Virus record (IMG/VR): IMGVR_UViG_3300009183_000076
Direction: 5' to 3' (one strand)
Length of the DNA stretch: 64,000 nucleotides
Source of the DNA: an uncultured virus (IMG/VR IMGVR_UViG_3300009183_000076)
Taxonomy: Duplodnaviria; Heunggongvirae; Uroviricota; Caudoviricetes
Below the pieces are notes generated by a model. It did no database searches. It was given only the letters and a program-made list of their open reading frames with translations, and had not been told where the DNA came from. Position 1 is the first letter of the stretch, and each line of letters begins with the position of its first letter. This document shows, in pieces, positions 37,218 to 45,949 of this stretch. Made by a program: the position numbers and the translations under genes.

Positions 37218-38054
37218 ATGGCAATTACAGCAAATAACCCACTTTTCAAGCATTTTAGACAACCTGCTATCTACTTAAAGTTACCTAGTCAGGGGCAGTA
37301 CTGGGACGAATCTGCAATTGATTTACCTGCATCAGGAGAAATCCCTGTGTACCCAATGACTGTCAAAGATGAAATAACATTTAAAACCCCAGACGCCCTG
37401 ATGAATGGCGAGGGCATGGTAAATGTTATACAAAGTTGTTGTCCAAGTATCAAAAACGCTTGGGCTATACCAACAATAGATCTAGATCCAATAATGATTT
37501 CTATACGTATTGCCAGTTATGGACCCAACATGGACATTACTACCAAATGCCCACATTGTGGAGAGGAAAACTTAAACACAGTTGATCTTGGTACCTTGCT
37601 TGACTCATTGCCAGCACCAGACTTTCCTGCAGTGCAAATAGGCGAGTTAACGTTTAATATCAAACCGTTGGTGTTTGAATCGTTAAACAAGGCCAATCTT
37701 TATTCGTTTGAACAGCAAAAACTAATAATGGCAATTACTAGTAGTGACCTAACCGAAGAACAAAAAATGGAACAGTTCAAAGATCTATTTCCCAAGATCA
37801 CTGATTTGAATATAATGACCATTGTTAATGCTATAGAATCTATTGTAACCAAAGATGGAACTCAAGTGACCGAAGAAAAGTTCATTAAAGAATTCATTTA
37901 CAACTGTGAAACTGCATTATACAATGAAATTAAAACTACAGTAGAAAATATAGCCAAAAACAACAAGCTACACCCAATGAATATAGCCTGCGAGAGTTGC
38001 ACAAAACAATACACCTCAGAACTGACATTTGAAGAATCAAATTTTTTCGCCTAA
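37218..38054 (+). CDS. baseplate hub / tail assembly protein (T4 gp26-like)
   Basis: LKLPS.G....P.TVKDE, I..CCP, DLD.....IR..SYG, C.HC...N and terminal C..C......L.F....FF pattern. Confidence 0.75.
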   Translation: MAITANNPLFKHFRQPAIYLKLPSQGQYWDESAIDLPASGEIPVYPMTVKDEITFKTPDALMNGEGMVNVIQSCCPSIKNAWAIPTIDLDPIMISIRIASYGPNMDITTKCPHCGEENLNTVDLGTLLDSLPAPDFPAVQIGELTFNIKPLVFESLNKANLYSFEQQKLIMAITSSDLTEEQKMEQFKDLFPKITDLNIMTIVNAIESIVTKDGTQVTEEKFIKEFIYNCETALYNEIKTTVENIAKNNKLHPMNIACESCTKQYTSELTFEESNFFA

Positions 38055-38059
38055 GGCTT

Positions 38060-38278
38060 TTGGCTATGTCAAACGATGACATGGTTGATTATTTTGATAG
38101 ATTAGAGAAACAGTCAAAAGCCTTAAGAGAAGAAGCTCTAAGATTTAGCTGGTATATGCGGGGTGGTCTTAATTACGAGGATGCCATGTTACTAAGTAAC
38201 ACTGATCGCGAACTCATCAGTAAGATAATAAAAGATAATTTAGAAACTTCCAAGAAGTCAGGAATGCCATTCTTCTAA
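38060..38278 (+). CDS. small tail/baseplate assembly protein; possibly the -1 frameshift extension of 37218
   Basis: 72 aa with WYMRGG..Y.....L...DR motif; lies in the -1 frame, open across T-TTT-TTC at 38042-38048. Confidence 0.7.
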   Translation: MAMSNDDMVDYFDRLEKQSKALREEALRFSWYMRGGLNYEDAMLLSNTDRELISKIIKDNLETSKKSGMPFF

Positions 38279-38685
38279 GATGACTAACGTCATCTGTTGA
38301 TTTCGCTAAAGCTCATCAACATTGTTTTTAGAGATTTCATCTAGATTCAATGGTCAGTCTTTGCCCAGGGCGGGCAAAAAATAAATGTACTTCATCTGAG
38401 TTAGCACAGTCACTAGTATTAGAGCATTACAGAGGCGGTTGTCCTGTACCTCGAGCTCCGTTCTTGTACAACGGCGGTTTACACAATAGATACTAGCCTA
38501 CCGTATAAACGTGTAGCATCGCTGCTACGTCTTTCTAGCCATATTATCCTATTCAAACAACTAAATCGCGGCGTTTGCGATCTTCATCCCGGGGGGTAGT
38601 AGTTGAGTGCTTCTTGCAGCGAGAAGGCTTCCATCCCTGTGTATTTCTACCAGGTATAGGGCACACGATGTTAGCTTGTGCTAGC
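38278..38685 (-). ncRNA. candidate large structured non-coding RNA downstream of the GIY-YIG gene
   Basis: ~400 bp without a listed ORF; about ten hairpins, GNRA loops, G-U pairs that work only on the minus strand, a long-range closing helix and an 8-bp pseudoknot (see findings). Confidence 0.7.
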
Positions 38686-39120
38686 TTAACTGCCTAACTT
38701 GTTTTTTATGTGGGAGCCATGGACACGAACGCTGATCTGTCCGTTATAATACGCATCTGATTCTAAGACTTGATGTCTAAATTGTTCTCGCGCCTCGATG
38801 TAGGAGCATTCTGCTTTTGATTTACAATAAAATAGTATTTCTCTTTTAAACTTATCGGGGCCTAGTGTGTCTATATCTCGTTTTAATTCTTCGTTTGAGC
38901 CATAATATAATTGCCAATCTGAATCTATTTTACTTCTAATCTTCTTACGTTTTTTGTTACCATTTTTGAGCTTGACTACTTTGTAGGTAGTTTTTGAAAA
39001 TTTGGCTAATTTTTTACCTATGTATTTACGTCCAGATGCTGTATTTGTTATCAAATACACAAATCCCACGCAATCTTCAGGAAGTGACTCCACTAAAGTG
39101 GATTCGAATAGCCATGACAT
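38686..39120 (-). CDS. stand-alone GIY-YIG family nuclease (Seg-like catalytic domain only)
   Basis: GFVYLITN...KYIGKK, YYGS, F.REIL, conserved Glu (YIEA) and YYN; Lys/Arg-rich insert; only 144 aa. Confidence 0.85.
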   Translation of the reverse strand: MSWLFESTLVESLPEDCVGFVYLITNTASGRKYIGKKLAKFSKTTYKVVKLKNGNKKRKKIRSKIDSDWQLYYGSNEELKRDIDTLGPDKFKREILFYCKSKAECSYIEAREQFRHQVLESDAYYNGQISVRVHGSHIKNKLGS

Positions 39121-39130
39121 ACAGCATTAA

Positions 39131-39715
39131 TTATGCCTTGTAGTCAAGGTTACAATAAAATGTTATTTCTTCTATACAAGTATTTGGGTCTAAAGTTTGG
39201 GCATATTTAACAAAATTAGACACATCGTGTAACTGGATACCATTACCAGTCCATGAGGTACGACTGCGACTAAGTTCAGTGTCTAGTCTATCCAAGGTAA
39301 GCAATGTGGTTTTAAACGGTACCAAATTGGTTTTAAAGGCCTGTGTGCCCTGCTTGCTGGCATGCTCTAGTGCAGCCTTGGAGATTCGATATGTTTCAAA
39401 TCTAGGCTCTGGACTAACAATATGTTTTCCGCCAACACTGCCTACGTTAAAAATATATCCAGCTTTTCCTACCAACTTCCATTTATCGTATATTGCCATG
39501 TACAAATTAGTTTGTGCAAAGTTTGCCCATGATTCTTGCGGCGGACCATCAAATGCATTATTAACAAACACGTCATACATGATGCTTTTGTCAGCAATCT
39601 CTTTAATGTTTTTTGTGATATCATAGCCATTTTCACGACTAAGATTATCAGCTCCGAAAGTTTCAACTAGATGTTTACCTAGTCCTCTGTTACCACCTGT
39701 AACTAACATTGTCAT
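39131..39715 (-). CDS. short-chain dehydrogenase/reductase
   Basis: TGGNRGLG (TGxxxGxG), NNA, catalytic YRISK (YxxxK). Confidence 0.85.
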   Translation of the reverse strand: MTMLVTGGNRGLGKHLVETFGADNLSRENGYDITKNIKEIADKSIMYDVFVNNAFDGPPQESWANFAQTNLYMAIYDKWKLVGKAGYIFNVGSVGGKHIVSPEPRFETYRISKAALEHASKQGTQAFKTNLVPFKTTLLTLDRLDTELSRSRTSWTGNGIQLHDVSNFVKYAQTLDPNTCIEEITFYCNLDYKA

Positions 39716-40830
39716 CTAATAGATCCTCCTTGATCCCATACTTTAGTAAACTTTTCGCCACATGTCATAGCGCATTCCATAATTTTATTTGGCCCGGTCC
39801 AACGATCAGTAAGCTCATTCCAGAACTTAGATTTAAAGATATTTTCTAAATTATTTTTGTTTACGTCAAGTTCGCTTCTGTAACGCAATACAAATTCACT
39901 AACTTGATTATCTCCTCTGTCATCAAAGCTGGCTGAGTTTGCCCCAGGCAAATGCAATCTATCACGAAACCTAGCATCGTACATGTTGTGTTCAAAGAAG
40001 TTACAAGGCAATACCAATCCTTCGGCAGTAACAACAACTTTATTCCCTAGCAACGCATCGCACTTGATTGCAGTTTGCTTGAGATACTCTCTAAAACTTC
40101 CGTGTATCTTTTTCAATACTTCTATTTTTTGTACACTGGGATTACGCCATTCTTTGTTAGTGGGTTCCTCTAACATGTATTCATGATTTTTGTTTTTATC
40201 AAGTACAGGCCAATACGGGTATGCTGTTGCATGCGTATGATTATAAAAGCGGCCGGTCTTTCTTGCAAGAAAATTAAAAAAGCCATATTCCGCACTTAAC
40301 TGCCTTGCTTGTTCAACTTGATGTTCGTTGTGTTTAAAAACAATAAAATTCCACTGTGCTCGACCACCTGCACCAATATATGCTCTGGCATTACGCATAG
40401 CAACAGTGTATTTTACATTGCGTCTGTACAAGTGTAAAGTGTCTTCTAGTCCGTCAAATCCAAAATCAATTTGACCGTATCCGTTCATTATAGCGGCAAT
40501 CTCTGCCCAATACGCCTCGTCATGCACTCCACCGTTGGTATGAATATACAACCACAGTGTGGGATTTTTACGTCTGAAGTCTTGCAGTATGCCCAAGAAG
40601 TCAGGGTGCATGACGGGATCACCGTAACTACCACAAAAGAATATTTGTCTAAGTTTACCGCAATGTTCGGCACTAAATGCTGCATCAATGGCAGCACGAT
40701 CTAAATGCACCAACGGCATATAAGGATTAATACCTGATCCTTGTATGTTTCTTGGACATTGAGGGCAAGCGGCATTACAATATGTTGTAATTTCAATTTG
40801 ATACTCGTCGATGCTTTCAAAATTAAACAA
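39712..40830 (-). CDS. radical SAM protein with SPASM/twitch-like C-terminus
   Basis: CNAACPQC, CGSYGDP, TNGG, DGLEDT...YR, C...G.V.PC...C...CG. Confidence 0.9.
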   Translation of the reverse strand: MFNFESIDEYQIEITTYCNAACPQCPRNIQGSGINPYMPLVHLDRAAIDAAFSAEHCGKLRQIFFCGSYGDPVMHPDFLGILQDFRRKNPTLWLYIHTNGGVHDEAYWAEIAAIMNGYGQIDFGFDGLEDTLHLYRRNVKYTVAMRNARAYIGAGGRAQWNFIVFKHNEHQVEQARQLSAEYGFFNFLARKTGRFYNHTHATAYPYWPVLDKNKNHEYMLEEPTNKEWRNPSVQKIEVLKKIHGSFREYLKQTAIKCDALLGNKVVVTAEGLVLPCNFFEHNMYDARFRDRLHLPGANSASFDDRGDNQVSEFVLRYRSELDVNKNNLENIFKSKFWNELTDRWTGPNKIMECAMTCGEKFTKVWDQGGSIR

Positions 40831-42592
40831 TATCTACGTCCGTGTTATAACTAGTAAACCCGTTTTCTTTAACAACACTTAGCACATTGTTCACACGTCC
40901 GGCCAGTTCGTCCTTGTGCGACACTAACCAAACACTACGATTGCCTTCACGACTCATTTTCTTTAAGATAGCCAAACTGTTTTCTACGCCCGAACTATCC
41001 ATGCCAGTGTCAATGACCTCATCTATAAACAACAAATTGATTTGTTGATTTTGACTTTCCCATACATCACGAAATGCCCAACTTAGACTTAGTATTAATC
41101 TGTTACGTTCGCCGCGACTCAAGTTATCAAAGTCTAGTTCACGACCCAATTCTTCAATACTGACTGTCAAGTCATTTAAGAATTTTACAGTATGTGGTAA
41201 GCCAATACGATCCAAGTACTGTCCTAGTCTAGCATTTAAGTAACTTAAATTTTGATCAATAATACGTTTACGTATAAAGCTATCTTTGTTAGTCAACAGT
41301 TTAAGCAAGAAGTCTTGATGTTCCTTGACATTAGATAACTCGTTAATTGAATCATAGTTAACTTCCTCTAGTGCCTGTGTTTCCATTTCTGTGATCTGTT
41401 CGGCATATGGATCTATTTCTGCTCTCTTAGCAGTTAATTGTTCTTGTAAATTACTAATACTGTTGCGATGGTTAATTGCATCTTCTTTATTGTCGTAAAA
41501 CACCTGTGGAATAGGACCAGGTTCTCCTAGCTCGGCTAGTTTATCAACATGCTCTTCAAGTTGTGATATATTGGCGATATACTGTAAACTTGTTTCCTTC
41601 ATTGTAGTACGTTTTTCGTTAAGCACCTGTTCGTGTTTTTCATCATGCATAGTTTGCCCACAGGCATAACACTCGTGTTTTTCTAGTTTTTCTATTTCTG
41701 ATTTTAGCTTGTCAAGAACTTTAAGTATTCGAACTTGTTCTTGCTCGCAGGCAATTTTCCATTTATTAAGTTCAGCAGCAGCTTTAGCTAACTCAGTCTG
41801 TGTGTGTAATGCATCATGTGCAGCAAGTTCTGCAGCAATATCAATCTCACTTAGTGCAGACAATGCAGTTTCAAGTTTATTAATGTCCTCAATATGCTTG
41901 GTAATCCAAAGCATTTGTCTACGTTTAGTTGCCTCAATTTGTTCTTGCACACGAGCATTTGCGTCTGTTACTGCCTTGATACGATACTCTTCAGCAGTAA
42001 TAGCATCCTTGGTTGCTTTTAATTGTTCTTTAAGCAAATCTGCTTTTTCACTTAGCACGGTAATGCCAAGTAACTGTTCAATGATAGTACGTTGATCGTT
42101 AGCTTTAAGTGCAAGGAACGGTTCAGTATAAGTGTTAAGAGCCACGATATGCTTAAACATGTCGTGACTCATACCAAGCATGCGCTCTATTGCGGCCTGC
42201 GTCTCTCTACTGTCTCCTTGACTTTCATCTGTAATCTGTTGTTCTTGATCTCCAATGTAAAATGCCATTGTATTTGGACGACGCCCGCGTTCAATTCGGT
42301 AGTCTGTTCCATTGCTTTCAAATTCAATTGTGACCAACATGTTCTTACCATTTGTTTTATTGATAAGATTGTCTTTTTTAATGTTCGTAAGAGCTGCCCC
42401 GTATAATGCATATGATAAAGCATTAATAATTGTAGTTTTGCCTGTACCATTACGTGCTCCTGTGTCGTCGCCGCCTAGATCCAAATTTTGTCCCAAGACT
42501 AAAGTCAAGTCTTTACGGTCAAATTGAACTGCTTGGGTAGCATTGCCCACGCTCATAAAGTTTTTTACAGATAGTGTTTTTATTTTAAACAT
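40823..42592 (-). CDS. gp46: recombination endonuclease ATPase subunit (gp46/SbcC/Rad50-like)
   Basis: KNFMSVGN, Walker A NGTGKTT, CYAC zinc hook, LSRGE signature, LLFIDE Walker B, VSH. Confidence 0.95.
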   Translation of the reverse strand: MFKIKTLSVKNFMSVGNATQAVQFDRKDLTLVLGQNLDLGGDDTGARNGTGKTTIINALSYALYGAALTNIKKDNLINKTNGKNMLVTIEFESNGTDYRIERGRRPNTMAFYIGDQEQQITDESQGDSRETQAAIERMLGMSHDMFKHIVALNTYTEPFLALKANDQRTIIEQLLGITVLSEKADLLKEQLKATKDAITAEEYRIKAVTDANARVQEQIEATKRRQMLWITKHIEDINKLETALSALSEIDIAAELAAHDALHTQTELAKAAAELNKWKIACEQEQVRILKVLDKLKSEIEKLEKHECYACGQTMHDEKHEQVLNEKRTTMKETSLQYIANISQLEEHVDKLAELGEPGPIPQVFYDNKEDAINHRNSISNLQEQLTAKRAEIDPYAEQITEMETQALEEVNYDSINELSNVKEHQDFLLKLLTNKDSFIRKRIIDQNLSYLNARLGQYLDRIGLPHTVKFLNDLTVSIEELGRELDFDNLSRGERNRLILSLSWAFRDVWESQNQQINLLFIDEVIDTGMDSSGVENSLAILKKMSREGNRSVWLVSHKDELAGRVNNVLSVVKENGFTSYNTDVDIV

Positions 42593-42598
42593 AGGTTC

Positions 42599-43315
42599 TT
42601 ATGATAACACAACATCCTTGGATTTTGCAAGCATCTTATTGATTTTATCCAAAGCTTCTGGATAGCAGACACTTGCAATTGTTTTTGCTAGAAAAAATTG
42701 ATAACTTAAACACGGAACAGTATTTGTATGATCATGAAACTGATAATGTTCGGAATTTGGGTAGGCACTATACAAATCGCCGTCGAGGTCATAAATGATA
42801 CTGTCTAACAATTCTTTTTGTTTATCGTTCCACAGAATTGAATATCCTTGGAATACATGTAAGTCAATATCAAATTGATCACACAGGTGTTTTAATAATA
42901 ACAATTTACACACAAGATCTTCAGTTTCCAAGTTTGGACTAGACAGCCATTTATAATATAGTTGCTTACTTAAATGAGTATCACTAACACTACTTGGCCA
43001 TACATTTTGATAGACAAAATTCCTAATAGGATCGTTGATAACTAGTTCTGCATGTCTTTCATCGTTTACTTCAACATCCAATTTTCCTAAACCAGTAAGT
43101 TGTATAATTACTGTATCGTAACGATTGGCCCATAGCTCTAAAATTACTTTGTTAAGTATCCATTGGTTGCTAACTGCAGGTCCTCCAACGTCTGTCATTT
43201 TGATGCCAGCTACCTTAAAAATATTAGCCCAAGTTTTTCTTTCTTGGCCACTAAAACTAAGGCCGCAACCGCTAACTAAAATTTTTTTGTTTAATTTGGA
43301 CATTTGCAATATCAA
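42599..43315 (-). CDS. hypothetical protein, SGNH-hydrolase-like
   Basis: KILVSGCGLS...W...GGPAVSNQWI...VIIQLT resembles SGNH/GDSL blocks I-III. Weak call. Confidence 0.4.
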   Translation of the reverse strand: MILQMSKLNKKILVSGCGLSFSGQERKTWANIFKVAGIKMTDVGGPAVSNQWILNKVILELWANRYDTVIIQLTGLGKLDVEVNDERHAELVINDPIRNFVYQNVWPSSVSDTHLSKQLYYKWLSSPNLETEDLVCKLLLLKHLCDQFDIDLHVFQGYSILWNDKQKELLDSIIYDLDGDLYSAYPNSEHYQFHDHTNTVPCLSYQFFLAKTIASVCYPEALDKINKMLAKSKDVVLS

Positions 43316-44099
43316 GATGATTGATTACATTGTTGTGTTGTTGCTCTGGACAAAAAGAACAAACTGACTCGGGTTTTCCAATATTGTCTACAAATAGACT
43401 TAGATCGTCATTGACGTCATATCCGGTATAATTCATATGAGCGTGTTTAGCGATATCAATTATGTTTGCCACTGGCGGGCACTTATATAACTTGCCTTTA
43501 AACAAAATAGGAGTAGATGGAGATCCGCAAATTTTATGAGATTCTGCTGGATCGCTGTTCCATCCAACAATCGTTTTATTATCTAAGCGGTACGGGATTA
43601 CAAAATCCTTAAAGATACTTTTATAAATTGTTAAATCTTCGTTGACCCATTCTATTTGCTTGTGATGTTCTCCGCCAATTTGATTAACTTTCCAACTCTT
43701 TCTGTGCAGTAAAATTTTTTTAATCTTGTCATTGATAATAGATTCATGATCTTTGCGATGCACACTGACTTGTATTTCAAAGTTTTTTATATTAAAAAAA
43801 GCGTCACTATCAAAGTTATCTAACAAGTAACCGTTAGTAATTAATCTAATTTTACATGTAGGCCACTGCTGTCGTACATATAAACAAATTTCAATCAGGC
43901 CAGGGTGCAAACACGGTTCTCCTCCAAAAATAGCAACAACTTGTGGTTGAAGTTTGGTACTCCAGATATCAATCCAACTTTTAATATCGTCGTAAGGTGC
44001 TATTCCGTTTCTTTTAAAATCGCTCAAACTTATACATCCTGCACACGATATGTTACAGGAATATGCAATCATTAGATCAAGTCTTGGAACAATAAGCAT
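43272..44099 (-). CDS. radical SAM protein
   Basis: CNISCAGC, GGEPCLHP, TNG, GKLYKCP and C-terminal CSFCP. Confidence 0.9.
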   Translation of the reverse strand: MLIVPRLDLMIAYSCNISCAGCISLSDFKRNGIAPYDDIKSWIDIWSTKLQPQVVAIFGGEPCLHPGLIEICLYVRQQWPTCKIRLITNGYLLDNFDSDAFFNIKNFEIQVSVHRKDHESIINDKIKKILLHRKSWKVNQIGGEHHKQIEWVNEDLTIYKSIFKDFVIPYRLDNKTIVGWNSDPAESHKICGSPSTPILFKGKLYKCPPVANIIDIAKHAHMNYTGYDVNDDLSLFVDNIGKPESVCSFCPEQQHNNVINHLDIANVQIKQKNFS

Positions 44100-44772
44100 C
44101 GTAATCTTGTTTGTATTTGTCTAACCAATTATCGTCAATACTAATTTTAAATATATTTTTTAAATTTATTTTAATTTGCTCTGTGTTGTAAAACAAATCT
44201 TCATATGGAATTATTAAATCATACTCAAAGTCCGGTTCTGGTTCTTTAAAAGACATGAACTGATCAATGTATGTTTTTTTACTTTCCTCTGTTGGCTCAA
44301 TACCTTTTGATAACAGAATAAGACTTAGTCCATCCATATTTCTTCGTACACGACGCACCCAGTCATTGTTAGAGTTACCTCGCATAAGCATGTTCACTTC
44401 ACCAACAAAATGTGCGTCAGTTGGCATGGGGGCTAATTTAGTCTTGATTATTTGTTGATGTTTTAGATATTGCCATAAACTCTCATCAGTTGGGCTAGCA
44501 ATTCTTATACTATTAATATTTCCTAATAGTTCTTTTGCTAACAGACTAGTTCTATGAGCAGGAACTAAGTCAAACAAGGTTGGGTGTGCTTCTAAGTATT
44601 TAGGCTGTGGTATAGTCTTTAAAAATTCCTGACCAAATAGGTCTACTATTTTAGTACGAGCGTTTTGAAATGTAATGCTATCTAATTTGCGACATTGAAC
44701 ACTGTGGCTTAACTTGGCACAAAAATATTCTCCACCTGCCCCTTGGTCGTAATCCACAAATAAAAATGGCAT
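44077..44772 (-). CDS. hypothetical protein, possibly sulfotransferase-like P-loop fold
   Basis: N-terminal DYDQGAGGEYF loop and C-terminal IPYEDLF motif. Weak call. Confidence 0.35.
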   Translation of the reverse strand: MPFLFVDYDQGAGGEYFCAKLSHSVQCRKLDSITFQNARTKIVDLFGQEFLKTIPQPKYLEAHPTLFDLVPAHRTSLLAKELLGNINSIRIASPTDESLWQYLKHQQIIKTKLAPMPTDAHFVGEVNMLMRGNSNNDWVRRVRRNMDGLSLILLSKGIEPTEESKKTYIDQFMSFKEPEPDFEYDLIIPYEDLFYNTEQIKINLKNIFKISIDDNWLDKYKQDYDAYCSKT

Positions 44773-44773
44773 A

Positions 44774-45949
44774 TTACTCTCGGTACAAGTCTAACGTGAT
44801 ACAATGAAGACCGCCATCAACAAAAAATCTATGCCTCCAGGGCACAACAATACATTCAATATTGTGTTCTTTTAGTGCTGTTTTAATCTTGGGTGTAATG
44901 TTTGAAACACAAATAGTATTTTCGTCCAATGCTAGCACGTTGACATCAAAAATAGACTCTGCAACATACCCAAGCCACGGCTTAAGATACGATTCGACAT
45001 AGGTAATAAGATTATGATTATGCTCCTCCCCGGCAAGCCACCAGGCACCGGATACCTTTTGTTTCATTACATTGAATTCGTTAATTTGATCTTGATACGA
45101 TTCCGGAGGAACTTTAATAACTGTGTATCCTGGGAAATACTGTTGATAATCAATTAATGGGTCAATACCTAGTATAACATTGTTGCCTAATACAGCAAAA
45201 CAACCATCAATGTGCCCTGCGTCAATGGTAAACTGTGAAATTGGTCGACGGTCATTAATTTTTGCTGCAAGCCATTCTGCGTAGTTGCAGTATTCGTTTG
45301 TTCCTAATACTATACGATCCTCTAAATTAATTACATTAGGACCTTGCATTGGGCCTATGTTATTTTGGGTATACTCTAACACCTCTTTAAAAGATTCCAT
45401 TTCTGCAACAATGTCGGGGATAGTAGATCTAGTGCCCTGTACATAATCTTGGTAATGCGGCCAATCTGCTCCTTCGAGGACTTGATATTTGCTTCTTGAA
45501 TGCCAGGTATTTGTATTAGGATTAAAGTTATCTTTTATTGCTGCTGACATTGATGCAGTATAAAATTCTTCATTGGGTTTTTGTAAATTTACTATGTTTG
45601 AACAATAGTTTTTTAATACCTGGTTAACGCTGTTTAAATAATCGCCGTTAAACTGATACATTGTGTCACCAATTACACAATGTGTGTTTCTAACCTGTAA
45701 CGGAGGAAGATATACATTATCCACATCAAATTGACCTAGCGGCTGTTCTGCTCGAATAACTTTGCAACCAAAATTTTTCAAAACACGATCAAATGCCTCA
45801 AGATCTTCGTTGATCTCGCTGGCCATACGCATCAATGGTTCTCTGACTGCTGCATCCTTGATGCTAGAAAAAAATTCAGGATAAAAGTAAGATCCTAGCA
45901 TCACTGATCGAAGCCTACCAAACGTGTTAAATTTTTTATAGGAATTCAT
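44774..45949 (-). CDS. amidinotransferase (pentein superfamily)
   Basis: L.SVMLG, PPLQVRN, GHIDG, FDVNVL.LD and terminal DGGLHCITLD with the catalytic His and Cys. Confidence 0.85.
   Translation of the reverse strand: MNSYKKFNTFGRLRSVMLGSYFYPEFFSSIKDAAVREPLMRMASEINEDLEAFDRVLKNFGCKVIRAEQPLGQFDVDNVYLPPLQVRNTHCVIGDTMYQFNGDYLNSVNQVLKNYCSNIVNLQKPNEEFYTASMSAAIKDNFNPNTNTWHSRSKYQVLEGADWPHYQDYVQGTRSTIPDIVAEMESFKEVLEYTQNNIGPMQGPNVINLEDRIVLGTNEYCNYAEWLAAKINDRRPISQFTIDAGHIDGCFAVLGNNVILGIDPLIDYQQYFPGYTVIKVPPESYQDQINEFNVMKQKVSGAWWLAGEEHNHNLITYVESYLKPWLGYVAESIFDVNVLALDENTICVSNITPKIKTALKEHNIECIVVPWRHRFFVDGGLHCITLDLYRE

Noticed and set aside
38290..38685. tRNA, tmRNA, RNase P or hammerhead identity for the structured region
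   Set aside because: No T-loop/CCA cloverleaf ends, no GAGGAAAGUC RNase P motif, and the AGATGAA copies do not match the CUGAUGA/GAAA hammerhead core.
38278..39120. Group I intron with encoded GIY-YIG homing endonuclease
   Set aside because: No interrupted host gene: the SDR upstream ends normally 10 bp before the nuclease, and the downstream gene is on the opposite strand. I could not find convincing P7 core sequences. A covariance search should still confirm this.
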